Positions 60,527 to 61,913 of a stretch of 61,913 bases of DNA are shown here, piece after piece. The translations under genes were made by a program, and so were the position numbers. The stretch is taken from the NCBI GenBank assembly GCA_000934665.2, contig KZ537992.1:124001-185913 (forward strand), in the 5' to 3' direction. The notes beneath the pieces were generated by a model, which saw only the letters and a list, made by a program, of their open reading frames with translations, was not told the origin of the DNA and searched no databases. Positions within the stretch are counted from its first letter, which is position 1; each line of letters starts with the position of its first letter. This DNA is from Catajapyx aquilonaris. Lineage: Eukaryota.

Positions 60527-60981
60527 TATGAAATACTTTTCCATAGGAGTGACCCATTGATTTGGTAGTAATCTTTGCAATAATTATGGCTATACAATGT
60601 CGGCATACCTGTAACATGGAGCATTGCATGTATACATGAAGTCCAAGCAACACACTAAGGATGTCATATTGTAAGAAAATACACAATGCACCTCCAAAAT
60701 CCAGCAAAAGTATGTAATGAAAAATTGAAGGTTGTGCAGTAAATGTAGAATGTAGAAGCTCCAGCATGGTAGCTTACAATCTGACATCCATTGTGTGTTT
60801 CTTGGACTTGATGCACATGCACATGGTATGGCCAATTACGTTCATANAGGCAGTTCAATACGACGTGATTGGCACATCAGTTACAGGAAATATGCCTCGA
60901 GCATTGTGAAAATGTGCTGCCTTTGGAGTTATTCTATGACAACCGCGATACCGGAATTTGCAAGAGCAATTGTTAGAACTA

Positions 60982-61097
60982 CAGGGTGTACACGGACACA
61001 TAGGTAATAATATTGTTGGTTGCCAGGACACCAATTGTCAACTGACAATATACTAATCATATTATTAACAATGTGTCCATACTTTTGGGTCACACTG
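60982..61097. mobile_element. Short Tc1/mariner-type MITE, same family as 19672-19783, inverted
   Basis: ta|cagggtg ... acttttgggtcacactg|ta; shares acacataggtaataat and atattgttggtt.gccagga with the reverse complement of the 19.7-kb copy. Confidence 0.7.
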
Positions 61098-61520
61098 TAT
61101 ATCAGGAAAAAATTTAAAATTACTGGGAAGGAAATTATTACTACAAATGAGCATGAGCTATTTAAAATGTGAAACGTGTGAAAACCTCTATAAAAATTAG
61201 CTGAAAAGCTTTCAGTTCAGTAGTATGGAAAGAGTGTTCGTTGGGTTGCATCATGCCAGGATGAAACAAAGCGGAGATGGAAGACTATAGGAAGAGTACC
61301 TCTGGAGAGTAACTGGCATATTGTAGATAGACGTAGGCTATATTTTTAGTGAAGTTCATCATATAAGTCTTAGTTGTATGAGCGTAGTACATATTAATTC
61401 ACAAGCATTTTTTTTTACATTTGAGTTGACTCATTTGGATCTACCTTCCTTGCATAAACTTGGACAATTTGGAATTGTAATAAAAATGTACTGTGTACTT
61501 TGCCTAAAATAGAGTTATTC

Positions 61521-61752
61521 ATGCATATTCACTTCAAACGTGCCATACCAGAAGTGTGGCTAACAGGTAAGTAGCTATACTGCGCGTTAAATAATTCAAA
61601 ATGGAAAGTGCATTCGCCTTCTGAACGACGTACAGTACCCAGCAGGTGTGCTTTCATTGCATAATTACATGATATGTCTGACATTTAACCACCTTTTTCT
61701 TTCCTTCCAGTGAGTACCGCATGTGACACCATCCCTGCTTGCGGACACATCA
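61521..61752 (+). CDS. Candidate first two coding exons (61521-61566, 61711-61752) of an unidentified gene continuing beyond the window
   Basis: CAG|GTAAGT donor at 61567; strong polypyrimidine tract plus CAG ending at 61710; GTAAGT donor at 61753. Phases match and give MHIHFKRAIPEVWLTVSTACDTIPACGHI. No homology recognised. Confidence 0.3.
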
Positions 61753-61913
61753 GTAAGTCACGTATACCATGCATATGCATCGTTTTAATACACCATTTTT
61801 TTTTTTCAACTGGAAACCCGCACTGTACATTCTCACTCCAGGACACATGAATAATTCCTTGCAAAATCCTGGTCCGAAAATGTCACAGTGTACATGCAGA
61901 TGCAATCACCGGT

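Overview
Eukaryotic (invertebrate, probably non-dipteran arthropod) genomic DNA, repeat-rich, with one small N gap at 25701-25722. Two complete spliced genes can be reconstructed with canonical GT-AG introns, lying tail-to-tail about 4.5 kb apart. SPARC/osteonectin is on the + strand (5 coding exons, 4347-5568, 320 aa). Histone variant H2A.Z/H2A.V is on the - strand (5 exons, 12788-10080, 128 aa). The remaining ~48 kb has no recognisable protein-coding sequence. It may be the very long first intron of a third + strand gene (promoter-like region ~18.3-19.55 kb, candidate coding exons at 61521-61752). It is densely packed with short non-autonomous elements: at least 15 hairpin/TIR MITEs, tRNA-derived SINEs, Helitron/Helentron-like elements, tandem repeats and microsatellites, often nested in one another. 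I found no transposase ORF, CRISPR array, rRNA or true tRNA. I cannot show a new biological system here. The best leads are the SPARC-H2A.Z linkage (also recalled from Drosophila), palindromic elements with mirrored arm changes and stacked transcription-factor motifs, a repeat fragment forming an H2A.Z 3' splice site, and a dense cluster of RFX-like motifs. TE superfamily labels come from terminal motifs only and are tentative.
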